The notes under the pieces were generated by a model. It saw nothing but the letters and a program-made list of their open reading frames with translations. It did no database searches and was not told the origin of the DNA. From an uncultured Mycoplasmatota bacterium (lineage in GTDB: Bacteria; Bacillota_I; Bacilli_A; RF39; UBA660), in NCBI GenBank assembly GCA_946407055.1, contig CAMJMP010000001.1, positions 6,847 to 70,846 on the forward strand: a DNA stretch of 64,000 bases, read 5' to 3'. Positions 19,492 through 28,810 of the stretch are shown piece after piece. Both the position numbers and the translations under genes were made by a program. Positions within the stretch are counted from its first letter, which is position 1, and each line of letters begins with the position of its first letter.

Positions 19492-19915
19492 TATAATTAA
19501 TAAATCTAATTACGATCTTCCTAAATATGCTACTCCACAAAGTGCAGGTATGGATCTTCGTGCAAACATTGAAGAAGATTTAATATTATTTCCTCGTGAA
19601 AGAAAACTTGTTTCTACAGGATTATATATACAACTTCCTGTTGGTTATGAAGCACAAATAAGACCTCGTAGTGGACTTGCACTAAAATATGGAATTACTG
19701 TACTTAATTCTCCTGGCACTATAGACGCTGATTATCGTGGAGAAATCATGGTATTGCTTATTAATCAAGGTGATGCTGCTTATACAATAGTTCCTGGAGA
19801 GCGTATTGCCCAAATGGTCATTGCTAAGCATGAACAAGTCGAATGGATTATTGCTGGAAGTTTAGATGAAACAGAACGTGGTGAAGGTGGATTTGGACAC
19901 ACTAAAAAGGATTAA
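19478..19915 (+). CDS. dut: dUTP diphosphatase
   Basis: dUTPase motifs 'AGMDLRA', 'RPRSGLA', '[10 protein letters not shown]' and 'RGEGGFG'; start set at the ATG at 19478. Confidence 0.85.
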   Translation: MLKVNIINKSNYDLPKYATPQSAGMDLRANIEEDLILFPRERKLVSTGLYIQLPVGYEAQIRPRSGLALKYGITVLNSPGTIDADYRGEIMVLLINQGDAAYTIVPGERIAQMVIAKHEQVEWIIAGSLDETERGEGGFGHTKKD

Positions 19916-19917
19916 AT

Positions 19918-20226
19918 ATGGAAGAAATAAAGTTATGGGCAATTAGAGCTAAAGCACCAGTTGCAAGTGATGCAAGTTTACTTTTCGGTGCATATTCTAA
20001 AACTAATCCTGAAAAATCAGATTGGTTCAATGGTGATATAATAGAGGAAATCTGTTGTGATTTATATGATAGTTTTGGAAATTTAGTAGAAGATATATAC
20101 GAGGACGAAGATGAGGACGATAGATTCGATATATTTATGCAAGATGTTTCATTTGAAATATATCCCGCAGAGGATGAAAGTGGAATGTCCGAAATAATCT
20201 ATGATGAAAGGTCTGAAGAGGATTAA
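19918..20226 (+). CDS. Hypothetical highly acidic protein
   Basis: 102-aa ORF. Confidence 0.35.
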   Translation: MEEIKLWAIRAKAPVASDASLLFGAYSKTNPEKSDWFNGDIIEEICCDLYDSFGNLVEDIYEDEDEDDRFDIFMQDVSFEIYPAEDESGMSEIIYDERSEED

Positions 20227-20638
20227 AAAGTATATTCATTTTGGATACTTATATTTAAAATATAGAGGATTCAAAAAGAATAAACAAAGAATGTCACGAT
20301 GTGAAGCTATGATTAAATCGTTTCTTTCACATAGTGACGTTCTGTTTAAATCTCAATATCATATAAAACTCCCACGTGGTATTAGAAAAACTAACAATGC
20401 TTATATAGATTTTATGGTTTTTAAAGATAATAAGAGAATTGCAATTGAATATAATGGTGAACAACATTATAAATTCTCTAATTATTTTCATAAAACATAT
20501 GACAAGTATTTAGAACAGCGTAAACGTGATATTGCTGTTATGGATTGGTGTAATAAACGTAATATTACGTTTTTAGAAATACCTTATACTTGGACAGATG
20601 ACGAAATTATTTCTAAAATTAAAGAAGTCATTGAATGA
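20201..20638 (+). CDS. DUF559/Vsr-like PD-(D/E)xK endonuclease-domain protein
   Basis: 'IDFMVF...IAIEYNGEQHY' matches the DUF559 core (IAIExDG..H). Confidence 0.45.
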   Translation: MMKGLKRIKKYIHFGYLYLKYRGFKKNKQRMSRCEAMIKSFLSHSDVLFKSQYHIKLPRGIRKTNNAYIDFMVFKDNKRIAIEYNGEQHYKFSNYFHKTYDKYLEQRKRDIAVMDWCNKRNITFLEIPYTWTDDEIISKIKEVIE

Positions 20639-21819
20639 ATACACTTATTACTAAAGACGCTAAAGGTAAAATTAGAGTTGCTGAATTTGAAAAAACCCTA
20701 TTGGATGATGGAAGTTATTTAATTACAAGAGTAACATATCAATATGGAGGAAAACGAACTCAGCAACCAGACATTATAATTTCTGAAGGAAAAGCTAAGA
20801 GAACTGTTAGTGAACAGGCTGAACTTAAATTTAATTCTTTAATTAAAGAAAAACTTGATAAAGGATATAAACCAATTGATAATCCTATTGATACTTATAC
20901 TTCTGAAGAATTAAATAGTATAGTAGGAGAAATTGTAACTGACTCTAACGGTTTTGCTAAACATATGTTAGCTAAACAAGCTGATAAAGTTTCCGATAGA
21001 ACAATTAATAAACCTGAATTTTGGTATGCTAGTCGTAAAATAGATGGTGTACGTTGTTCATTCTATTGGAAAGACGGAGAAATTCATACAGCATCTCGTG
21101 GAGGTGGTCATTATGATTATTCTACTTATCAATTAAGAACTAATCCAGAATTTATTGAGTTCTTTAAAAATAATCCAAATATTATACTTGATGGAGAACT
21201 TTACAAACATGGAAAATCTTTACAACAAATTTCGGGAGCTGCACGAATGGAGAAAACTGCTGATGGTTGCGACTGGCTCGAATATTACATTTATGATGTC
21301 ATGGAACCAAAACCTTTCTCCGAGCGACTTCAAACACTCAATAGAATCAGCCTCGAACTCAATTTGGGATTTGATCCAAACAGGGTCTGGTCCGATAACG
21401 ATTTACGCGTACAAATGGTTCCGCAAGAAAAGGTTTCTGGCAAAGAGAATATTATCGCGCTCCATGATAAATATGTTGCAGAAGGTTGGGAAGGATGTGT
21501 TGTTCGAGATCCTAAAGGATTATATAAGAATGGTGGACGTGGATCTGAAATGATTAAGTTCAAAATGTATCAAGATGCAGAGTTTGAAATCACAGGTATA
21601 TCTGAAGGACTTAGAGATGAAGATATGTGTTTTACATTAAAAACTGCTGATGGAATTGAATTTAAAGCTAAGCCAATGGGTTCTCGTGAACTTAAAGACC
21701 AATATCGTAAAGACCTCGATGAACTTATAGGTAAAATGGCTACTGTTAAATTCTTCTATTATAGTGATGATGGAACACCATTACAACCTGTATTAAAAGC
21801 AATTAGAGACTATGAGTAA
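20635..21819 (+). CDS. ATP-dependent DNA ligase
   Basis: Motif I 'SRKIDGVR' with the adenylated lysine, motif III 'ILDGELY', motif IV 'EGCVVRDP' and motif V 'IKFK'. Confidence 0.8.
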   Translation: MNTLITKDAKGKIRVAEFEKTLLDDGSYLITRVTYQYGGKRTQQPDIIISEGKAKRTVSEQAELKFNSLIKEKLDKGYKPIDNPIDTYTSEELNSIVGEIVTDSNGFAKHMLAKQADKVSDRTINKPEFWYASRKIDGVRCSFYWKDGEIHTASRGGGHYDYSTYQLRTNPEFIEFFKNNPNIILDGELYKHGKSLQQISGAARMEKTADGCDWLEYYIYDVMEPKPFSERLQTLNRISLELNLGFDPNRVWSDNDLRVQMVPQEKVSGKENIIALHDKYVAEGWEGCVVRDPKGLYKNGGRGSEMIKFKMYQDAEFEITGISEGLRDEDMCFTLKTADGIEFKAKPMGSRELKDQYRKDLDELIGKMATVKFFYYSDDGTPLQPVLKAIRDYE

Positions 21820-22018
21820 ATATCAAGTTGAAGTACATCATATAATACATAGTTATGATTACTATGAAATAGAAGCAGAATCTCCAAAAGAAGCTCGTGA
21901 TAAAGTAAATGACGGTGATGGTGAATATATGTTTTCAAATACAGAACCAGATTGGGGAGACGCCACAGAAGCGTATGTTACAGGTGTTTTTAATGAAGAA
22001 GGAGACCAAGTTTTATGA
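21812..22018 (+). CDS. Hypothetical small acidic protein
   Basis: 68-aa ORF. Confidence 0.35.
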   Translation: MSKYQVEVHHIIHSYDYYEIEAESPKEARDKVNDGDGEYMFSNTEPDWGDATEAYVTGVFNEEGDQVL

Positions 22019-22410
22019 TCGATGAAATTGAATTTTTAAAGCCTTATAAAGAACGTCTTTCTAATTTGAGAGAAGATCTTAAAAAAGAAGTCCAACAACT
22101 AATAGATGAAAAGAAAATAAATTATGAACAAGCTATTAGAATATTTGAAGATTCCAAACTATTTGAAATAGAAGGTTTTATAATGACTAATAGAATTTTT
22201 GATGTATACACTGATTACATTAGTGGGTCTTGGGTTAATAGATGTGAAACAATTTATTTTTCACAAATTAGTGATTGGATAAATGAAGATTATGAAGGTT
22301 GTATAACAGAAATATGTAAAGAAAAAGGTGTTACTAAAGAAGATCTTCAGAAAGAAATATATGACACAATCATAAGTGATAATATTATTGGATTTATATA
22401 CGATTGGTAA
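22015..22410 (+). CDS. Hypothetical protein
   Basis: 131-aa ORF. Confidence 0.35.
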   Translation: MIDEIEFLKPYKERLSNLREDLKKEVQQLIDEKKINYEQAIRIFEDSKLFEIEGFIMTNRIFDVYTDYISGSWVNRCETIYFSQISDWINEDYEGCITEICKEKGVTKEDLQKEIYDTIISDNIIGFIYDW

Positions 22411-22414
22411 AATT

Positions 22415-22627
22415 ATGAAATATCAAATTTTATTTAATGCTACTGATAAAGTAATAAACCTTATGACCGCTACAGTTGATGCTGATTCTGTAAGAGAAGC
22501 AGAAAGTAAATTTTATTGTGGCGATTACTATAATGAAAGAATAATAAAGGAAGTAGATAGGGAACCAGAAGATGAAGATGATCTTATTTCTATAACTGAT
22601 TGTAGAGGTAAAACTGTTGAAATGTAA
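22415..22627 (+). CDS. Hypothetical small protein
   Basis: ORF with an ATG at 22415 after the upstream stop. Confidence 0.3.
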   Translation: MKYQILFNATDKVINLMTATVDADSVREAESKFYCGDYYNERIIKEVDREPEDEDDLISITDCRGKTVEM

Positions 22628-22638
22628 TTTTATTTACA

Positions 22639-22914
22639 ATGGAACTAAAAGAAATAAATGAAATTACAACTAAGGCTATTGAAACTTATGGTCAAGAACC
22701 TCAAATTTGGATGACTATAGAAGAAATGTCTGAATTAGGTAATGCTCTTGCTAAATATCGTAGAGATAGAGTAACCAAATCAGATATTTGTGAAGAAATA
22801 GCTGATGTTTTAATCATGTGTATTCAAATGTCTAAAATATTTGGAGAAGATTGTGTTAAACAAATGTTTGAAGACAAATTAATAAGATTAAAAGAAAGAC
22901 TCGGTTATGTATAA
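22639..22914 (+). CDS. MazG-like nucleotide pyrophosphohydrolase
   Basis: 'EEMSELGNAL...EEIADVLIMCIQ' EExxE/EExxD signature of the MazG/HisE fold; 91 aa. Confidence 0.5.
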   Translation: MELKEINEITTKAIETYGQEPQIWMTIEEMSELGNALAKYRRDRVTKSDICEEIADVLIMCIQMSKIFGEDCVKQMFEDKLIRLKERLGYV

Positions 22915-23248
22915 ATATTTATTTATAATTGAAATCTATCCAGATGATTATATCGATATAGATCGTTACGCTTTAGCTCTTGACTTGAATCCTAATGCTA
23001 ATTGGGCACTTGAAGATGAAGCTCAAACTAAAGTTGAAGAAAACAAATCTTTATTTGAAAAATTACGTAAAGATTATGTTGCTAAACATTGGGAAGATTA
23101 TAGAGAATATGCTATAGAAAATAAATTCTTTAATAATACATTAATAAATGATTTTATTAAAACAATATCTGTTTATGCAACTCTCGTAAATCCTAATGAT
23201 AACGAAATGATAGATACTTATAATAATTTACCTCAAATTGAAGTTTAA
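22907..23248 (+). CDS. Hypothetical protein, paralog 1 of a tandem pair
   Basis: Shares 'LF(I/L)IE(I/V)Y(P/S)DD' and 'ATLV(N/D)(P/K)ND...L(P/T)QI' with the next gene. Confidence 0.4.
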   Translation: MYKYLFIIEIYPDDYIDIDRYALALDLNPNANWALEDEAQTKVEENKSLFEKLRKDYVAKHWEDYREYAIENKFFNNTLINDFIKTISVYATLVNPNDNEMIDTYNNLPQIEV

Positions 23249-23580
23249 TGGAAGAGCATTTATTCTTAATCGAAGTTTATTCTGATGATAGAGAAGTTGA
23301 TTCTTATGCACTAAAAACAAATTTAACATTAAATTCTAAAAATCCAGAAGAGGAAGTTGAGGATTTAATTTTAAGTAGTGATGTTTGGTATAGATTATAT
23401 GATCTATATGTAGGTAGTTGGGGATCTGATAATTTAGCTGAAGGATGTTCTGAAGATGATGATTTTCCTGAATATGACAAAGAATGGGAAGCTTTGATTG
23501 GACCTCATGCGACTTTAGTTGATAAGAACGATAAAGCAATGGTAGATTATTTAAACAAACTAACACAAATTAAGTTATAA
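23248..23580 (+). CDS. Hypothetical protein, paralog 2 of a tandem pair
   Basis: See the previous entry. Confidence 0.4.
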   Translation: MEEHLFLIEVYSDDREVDSYALKTNLTLNSKNPEEEVEDLILSSDVWYRLYDLYVGSWGSDNLAEGCSEDDDFPEYDKEWEALIGPHATLVDKNDKAMVDYLNKLTQIKL

Positions 23581-23582
23581 TT

Positions 23583-23774
23583 ATGTTATACGAAGTAAGT
23601 GTAGAAACAAGAGGTGAATGGGTAGAGAAAACTAGCTATTTAGTAGAAGCTGAAAGTGAAGAAGAAGCTTTGGATAAATACTATAACGGAGATGTAGATG
23701 AAACAGATAGCCACCGTGACGAGTGGGAAAATTGGACATCTGAACCTGACGTTGTAGCGTGTGAAAACGAATAA
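23583..23774 (+). CDS. Hypothetical small acidic protein
   Basis: 63-aa ORF. Confidence 0.35.
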   Translation: MLYEVSVETRGEWVEKTSYLVEAESEEEALDKYYNGDVDETDSHRDEWENWTSEPDVVACENE

Positions 23775-24697
23775 TGAAACCATTTAAAATAACTCAGTCT
23801 ATTACTAATAAAGATGATATATCTATTAAAAATTATTTTAGAGATATATCTAAAATACCTTTATTAACGAAAGAAGAAGAGTTAGAATTAGGTTATATAA
23901 TTCAAAATAACCTTAAGAAATTAAATAATTCAGAAGAATTATCTTTACAAGAAAAACGATTAACTGAAATAGAAATTAATAAAGCAGTTAATAAACTTGT
24001 AAGTGCTAATTTAAAATTTGTTATTTCTGTAGCAAAACAGTATTGTAATCAAGGTTTACCTTTCATTGATTTAGTAAATGAAGGTAATCTTGGTATGATA
24101 CAAGCAGCTAAAAAGTTCGATCCTAATAAAGGATATAAATTTATAAGTTATGCAGTATGGTGGATTAGACAATTCATAATGCAAGCGATAGCTTTAAAAA
24201 GTAGAACTATTAAAACACCTGTAAATCAATCTGCTTCTTTATCTAAACTTAATAACGCAGTTAATAAGTTCGAACAATTAAATGGAATTAAACCTTCTTA
24301 TGAAGAATTATCTAAATTAACAGGAATATCGGTTGAAAAAATAAACAAGATTTATAGTTATAATTCAAGCTGTATTTCTGTTGATACTCCATTTACTACA
24401 GAAGAAGACTCTGGTTGTTTACTTGATGTTGTTAGAAATCCAAATTGTGAAGATTCTGATAAAAATCTAATGGATTCTTCTTTAAAACAAGATATAAATA
24501 GAGTTTTAGATAAGTTATCTCCTCGCGAAAAAGTAATATTACAAATGTTTTTCGGAATAGATTGTGATGCAATGCAGTTAGATCAAATAGCTCCTAAGTT
24601 CGGAGTTACATCAGAGAGAATAAGACAGATTAAAGATAAAGCAATAGAACAGATTATTGTAAAATATAAATCTATCTTAAAAACATATATTATATGA
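23774..24697 (+). CDS. Sigma-70 family RNA polymerase sigma factor (RpoD-like, lacks region 1.1)
   Basis: Region 2 'IDLVNEGNLGMIQAAKKFDPNKGYKFISYAVWWIRQ' and region 4.2 'LDQIAPKFGVTSERIRQIKDKA'. Confidence 0.85.
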   Translation: MKPFKITQSITNKDDISIKNYFRDISKIPLLTKEEELELGYIIQNNLKKLNNSEELSLQEKRLTEIEINKAVNKLVSANLKFVISVAKQYCNQGLPFIDLVNEGNLGMIQAAKKFDPNKGYKFISYAVWWIRQFIMQAIALKSRTIKTPVNQSASLSKLNNAVNKFEQLNGIKPSYEELSKLTGISVEKINKIYSYNSSCISVDTPFTTEEDSGCLLDVVRNPNCEDSDKNLMDSSLKQDINRVLDKLSPREKVILQMFFGIDCDAMQLDQIAPKFGVTSERIRQIKDKAIEQIIVKYKSILKTYII

Positions 24698-24933
24698 GTG
24701 ATAATGTAAATCATCCTTCACATTATGCATCTGGTAGTATTGAATGTATTGATGCTATGATTGCTGCATATGGTTTAAAAGCAGTAATGGATTTTTGTAA
24801 ATGTAATGCTTTTAAATATCAATGGAGATTTGAAAATAAAAACGGAGAAGAAGATCTCAAGAAAGCTCAATGGTATCAAAATAAATATATTGAACTTAAA
24901 CATATTGAACTTAAAGAAACTGCGTTGAAATGA
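24694..24933 (+). CDS. Hypothetical small cysteine-containing protein
   Basis: 79-aa ORF. Confidence 0.35.
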   Translation: MSDNVNHPSHYASGSIECIDAMIAAYGLKAVMDFCKCNAFKYQWRFENKNGEEDLKKAQWYQNKYIELKHIELKETALK

Positions 24934-25897
24934 TATTAGAAGTATACGATTTAGAATGTTTAGCTAATGTTTTTACGTATACAGGTTATGCTCCAAAAAC
25001 TAAAGAATGGTTTCAATTTGTAATTTGTAATTGGCGAAATGACTATGATAAATTAATTGAGCATTTAAAAAGAGACAAACTTATTATGGTAGGATTTAAT
25101 AACGAGAGTTATGATTATCCATTATTACATCATGTGATTAAACATTATGACGAATACAAAAAATTAAGTGGAAATATTGTTGCTCAAAAATTATATAATA
25201 AATCTCAAGAAATAATAAATCAACAATTCAGTGCAATTGCTGATAAGAATAAATTTATTCCTCAAATTGATTTGTTTAGAATATGGCATTATAATAATGC
25301 TGCACGTTCTACCTCATTGAAGGATCTTGAGATTTGTATGAGAATGGAAAATGTGGAAGAAATGCCTATACACCATACTCATTGGTGTAAACCAGGTGAC
25401 GAAATATGTATTTTGGATTACAATAAAAACGATGTTTGGGCAACTTATTTATTTTTAAATGTAACTTTAGGTCGAACTGATTATTCAATCTATAAAGGAA
25501 AGAATAAAATTGAACTTAGAGAGAAAATTAATAAAAAATTCAATGTTAATGTTATAAACATGGGTGACGTTCCTATGGGAGAGGAATTAATGCTTACTTT
25601 GTATTCAAGAAAAGTAGGTATTCCAAAGTACGTTATCAAACAACGTGGAGGAACTCACCGTTCTACAATAAACTTAAAAGATTGTATTCCATATTGGTGT
25701 AAAATTGAATCTCCAGAGTTTAAAAACTTTTTAAATCAAATTCAAAATAAAACAATTAGAGGAGTTAAAGGAGAATTTCAATATTCTGTAATATTCCATA
25801 ATTATAAATTTGATTTTGGTCTTGGAGGAAGTCATGGATGTTGTGAACCTAAAGTATGGGAATCCAATAAAGATTGGGTAATTGTAGACTATGATGT
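24930..25897 (+). CDS. Family B DNA polymerase, exon 1 (N-terminal and 3'-5' exonuclease domain; 3' boundary approximate)
   Basis: Exo I 'YDLECL', Exo II 'FNNESYDYPLL' and Exo III 'YNKNDVWATY'. The ORF stops at 25919 with no polymerase domain. Confidence 0.6.
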
Positions 25898-26251
25898 TGG
25901 ATTAAAGTGGTCCAACTAAAATGGAAATAAATTGCGGGGAGTCCCTTAGAGACTTAATCACGGCACTAAATAGTAATATATTAGGTAGCAGTAAAGTTAA
26001 CGCTTTACGGATCGTAAAAGCATTAAGTATTGGGTAATCACATCAAAACGCAGCCAAGCTTCCAATTTTTGGAAGAAGGTTCAACGACTATCCTTTTTAG
26101 GAGTAGGGTACAACTGATAACTGTATCCGAAAAATTTCCAAAATTATTTGGATATAACCTTAATTTTAAAAGGTAAATTCGCAAATAATTTGTGATATAG
26201 TCTGAACTAATAGGGAAAACCTATTGACTTATATACAATCATTTATCTTAG
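25898..26251 (+). mobile_element. ORF-less group I intron in the DNA polymerase gene (boundaries approximate)
   Basis: 'AAATTGCGGGGAGTCCC' (compare Tetrahymena 'AAAUUGCGGGAAAGGGGUC'), 'ACGCAGCCAAGC', 'GTTCAACGACTATCC', and 'GATATAGTCTGAAC' followed by a P9-like hairpin. No ORF is present. Confidence 0.6.
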
Positions 26252-27224
26252 TATATATAACACAATTACACTATATCCTAGTATAAGTAAATCTCTTAAA
26301 TTATATCCTGAACATCTTGGTCCTGTATTCAATGAACAATATATAGGGTTTATTGATACTAGATTAAATGAAAAACATAAAGCAAAAGAATTAAGGGATA
26401 ATGTTCTTATTGAAGGATATAAACTTATTCTTAATGGAACATACGGTAAAAGTAAGGAAGAAACTTCTTTCTTATACGATCCATTGTATACATTTAAAAC
26501 AACAGTAGCAGGTCAATTATTTATTTGTATGTGGGCTGAACGTTGGGTTAAAGTTTGTCCACGATTAAAGTTCATACAAACAAATACTGATGGTCAAACT
26601 ATTTATATTCCTCGTGAAGATATAGATAAGATACGTGCTGTAAACGAACAACTTACAGCAGAAACAGGTCTTACTATTGAAGAAGTTGTCTATAAAAAGA
26701 TGATAGTGCGTGATGTGAATAATTACATCGGCGTTTATGAGGATAATGAAAAAGACCACGAACACATTAAGCTAAAAGGTGATTATGAAGTTGATAAAGA
26801 ATTCCATAAAGACCCTTCTATGCGTATTGTGCCTTTTGCTGTTAAAAACTATTTTGTATATGGAATTCCTGTAGAAGAAACCATTAAAAATCATAAAAAT
26901 ATATTTGATTTCTGTCTAAGATTAAAAACTAATGCAAAAAGTACTCCTTATTTTAGACATCTTAACGAAAATTCTGAAATCGTAAATGATAAACTTGATA
27001 GAACAACTCGTTATTATGTTTCTAATAGAGGTGGAAACTTGTATAAAGATTTTGGAGATAGACAAACTGGTGTAAACGTAGGATTTTCAGTTACAATTTT
27101 TAATCAATATGTTGAAAAACCTTTCGAGGAATACGACATTGATTATAGATTTTATATTGTTGAAGCTAAAAAATTAATAACTTCAATAGAAACAAAACAA
27201 TTAACTTTATTCGATTTATTTTAA
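26252..27224 (+). CDS. Family B DNA polymerase, exon 2 (palm and thumb; 5' boundary approximate)
   Basis: The frame is open from 26214 with no start codon until a TTG at 26484. It encodes motif A-like 'TLYPSI', motif B 'KLILNGTYGK' and motif C-like 'TNTDGQ'. Confidence 0.55.
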
Positions 27225-27227
27225 ATT

Positions 27228-27455
27228 ATGGCAATTTTTAGTAATTCAAAACAAACTTTTGCAGAAAAATTTGAGAACATCAAGAGTGTATTCACAACAG
27301 CTTACGAACAGGCTAAGGCTCTTAAAGAGGAAATGACAGCTGAAGTAAATAGTAAGAAAATTGAAATTGAAGTACTTCAAAATGAGATTCAAAAGACTCA
27401 GCATACTATAGATGATGCTTCAAACTTCATGGAGAAAATTGAAGATTTCATTTAA
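27228..27455 (+). CDS. Hypothetical small coiled-coil protein
   Basis: 75-aa ORF. Confidence 0.35.
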   Translation: MAIFSNSKQTFAEKFENIKSVFTTAYEQAKALKEEMTAEVNSKKIEIEVLQNEIQKTQHTIDDASNFMEKIEDFI

Positions 27456-27457
27456 AA

Positions 27458-27673
27458 ATGCGTGCGATTAGTGTTTTAGAAGGAACGTATCCAAATGAAT
27501 CAATAGATGAAGAGGAATTTGTTAAAAAACATTTATCTGTTGATGAAATTTTAGAAAGATGTAAAAAGATATTAACTCCGTTAGCTAAAAATGATGGAGA
27601 TATAAAATATTTATTATCTGAAATATCTCATTGGGAGTACGCAGACTTAGAATTAATTGATTGGGATGAATAA
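27458..27673 (+). CDS. Hypothetical small protein
   Basis: 71-aa ORF. Confidence 0.35.
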   Translation: MRAISVLEGTYPNESIDEEEFVKKHLSVDEILERCKKILTPLAKNDGDIKYLLSEISHWEYADLELIDWDE

Positions 27674-27914
27674 AATAATAGGAACAGTTGTGGCAATTAT
27701 ACTATTAATAGTATTGATTGCTGCAACTCCAGCATGGCATAAACCTAAAACGATAGTTGTTAAATTCGCTAATACTAGAGATACAGTAGCGGTTATTAGA
27801 AACGTGAAATCTCTTATAGAAAGAAACGATAGTTTAATTTTAATTGATACTAAAGATAAAAAGAAAGTGTTTTATCCAAATGATTCTTACTTTTGGGTAT
27901 ACAAGTTTGATTAA
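27657..27914 (+). CDS. Small membrane protein
   Basis: N-terminal transmembrane helix 'IIGTVVAIILLIVLIAA'. Confidence 0.35.
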   Translation: MIGMNKIIGTVVAIILLIVLIAATPAWHKPKTIVVKFANTRDTVAVIRNVKSLIERNDSLILIDTKDKKKVFYPNDSYFWVYKFD

Positions 27915-27916
27915 AT

Positions 27917-28810
27917 ATGAAAACATTAAAAGATTATGCTGATTTTCTTTATAAAAATGGATATAAAGAGAATTTTGCACCATATACATTTTGTGATGAT
28001 GAATTAGAGATAGTAGAATTTATAAAAAATAATTATCATATAAATTTATATGTTATAAAAACAGAAGAATTTTCTGATTATTTAGCTTCTCTTCCATTAG
28101 GAACGGAATATGAACTTAAATATGAAAATTATATTGTAAAATCAGCATTTATTGAATCTCCAATTTGTAATATACCTGACTTTCTAACTGGAGAGGTTGA
28201 AGGAATACAATTGGATTTAAAATCAAATGATTATAACAAACATACACTAGATTTGTTTGAATTATGTATTGGTTTTCAGAAAACAAATTTGCTTGAACAT
28301 GAATTATTTATAATGTCACGTAGACAAGAACATTTAATTTGGGCAAAAGATAATTTGATTCCTGTTCTTGAAAAGCATGACTATTATATTACTTTCGATT
28401 CATATTTCGATGTTAAAAAAGAAAGATGTTCTTCTAATATGAGCATAGAATTTAAACATCCTAATAATGCAGAAGTTGTTTTTGAAATTGATTGTTTAAC
28501 AGGTGAACCTATCATTTGGTCTAATATTAATTCAGGTACTTTTACTGATTTAGCTAATAAGATTTATGGCAAGAATAAAGAAGATGTATATAATATCTTA
28601 TTAGAAGAAGTGTGGAAGAAAGATGACCTTAAATTTGGTTACATATATAATAATGATCCACATGAAACAATAGATACTTGGAGAGAAGTTTATTCTTTAA
28701 TGGATTGTTTACATTATAAAGAAATACGTGATATAAACTTCGATATTATTCCTAAACGATATAATCATTTAGTTGAAGAATATAATAAATTATTAAATAA
28801 AGAAAAATGA
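27917..28810 (+). CDS. Hypothetical protein
   Basis: 297-aa ORF overlapping thyX by 4 nt. Confidence 0.4.
   Translation: MKTLKDYADFLYKNGYKENFAPYTFCDDELEIVEFIKNNYHINLYVIKTEEFSDYLASLPLGTEYELKYENYIVKSAFIESPICNIPDFLTGEVEGIQLDLKSNDYNKHTLDLFELCIGFQKTNLLEHELFIMSRRQEHLIWAKDNLIPVLEKHDYYITFDSYFDVKKERCSSNMSIEFKHPNNAEVVFEIDCLTGEPIIWSNINSGTFTDLANKIYGKNKEDVYNILLEEVWKKDDLKFGYIYNNDPHETIDTWREVYSLMDCLHYKEIRDINFDIIPKRYNHLVEEYNKLLNKEK

Noticed and set aside
21155-21563. Plus-strand 132-aa ORF and minus-strand 77-aa ORF inside the ligase gene
   Set aside because: Alternative frames of the well-supported ligase CDS.
24930-27224. Interpreting the two DNA polymerase ORFs as a naturally split (two-polypeptide) polymerase
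   Set aside because: The second half has no start codon for about 90 conserved codons (frame open from 26214), and the gap carries near-canonical group I P3/P4/P6/P7/P9 sequence blocks. An intron is therefore the simpler explanation, though the exact junctions remain unresolved.
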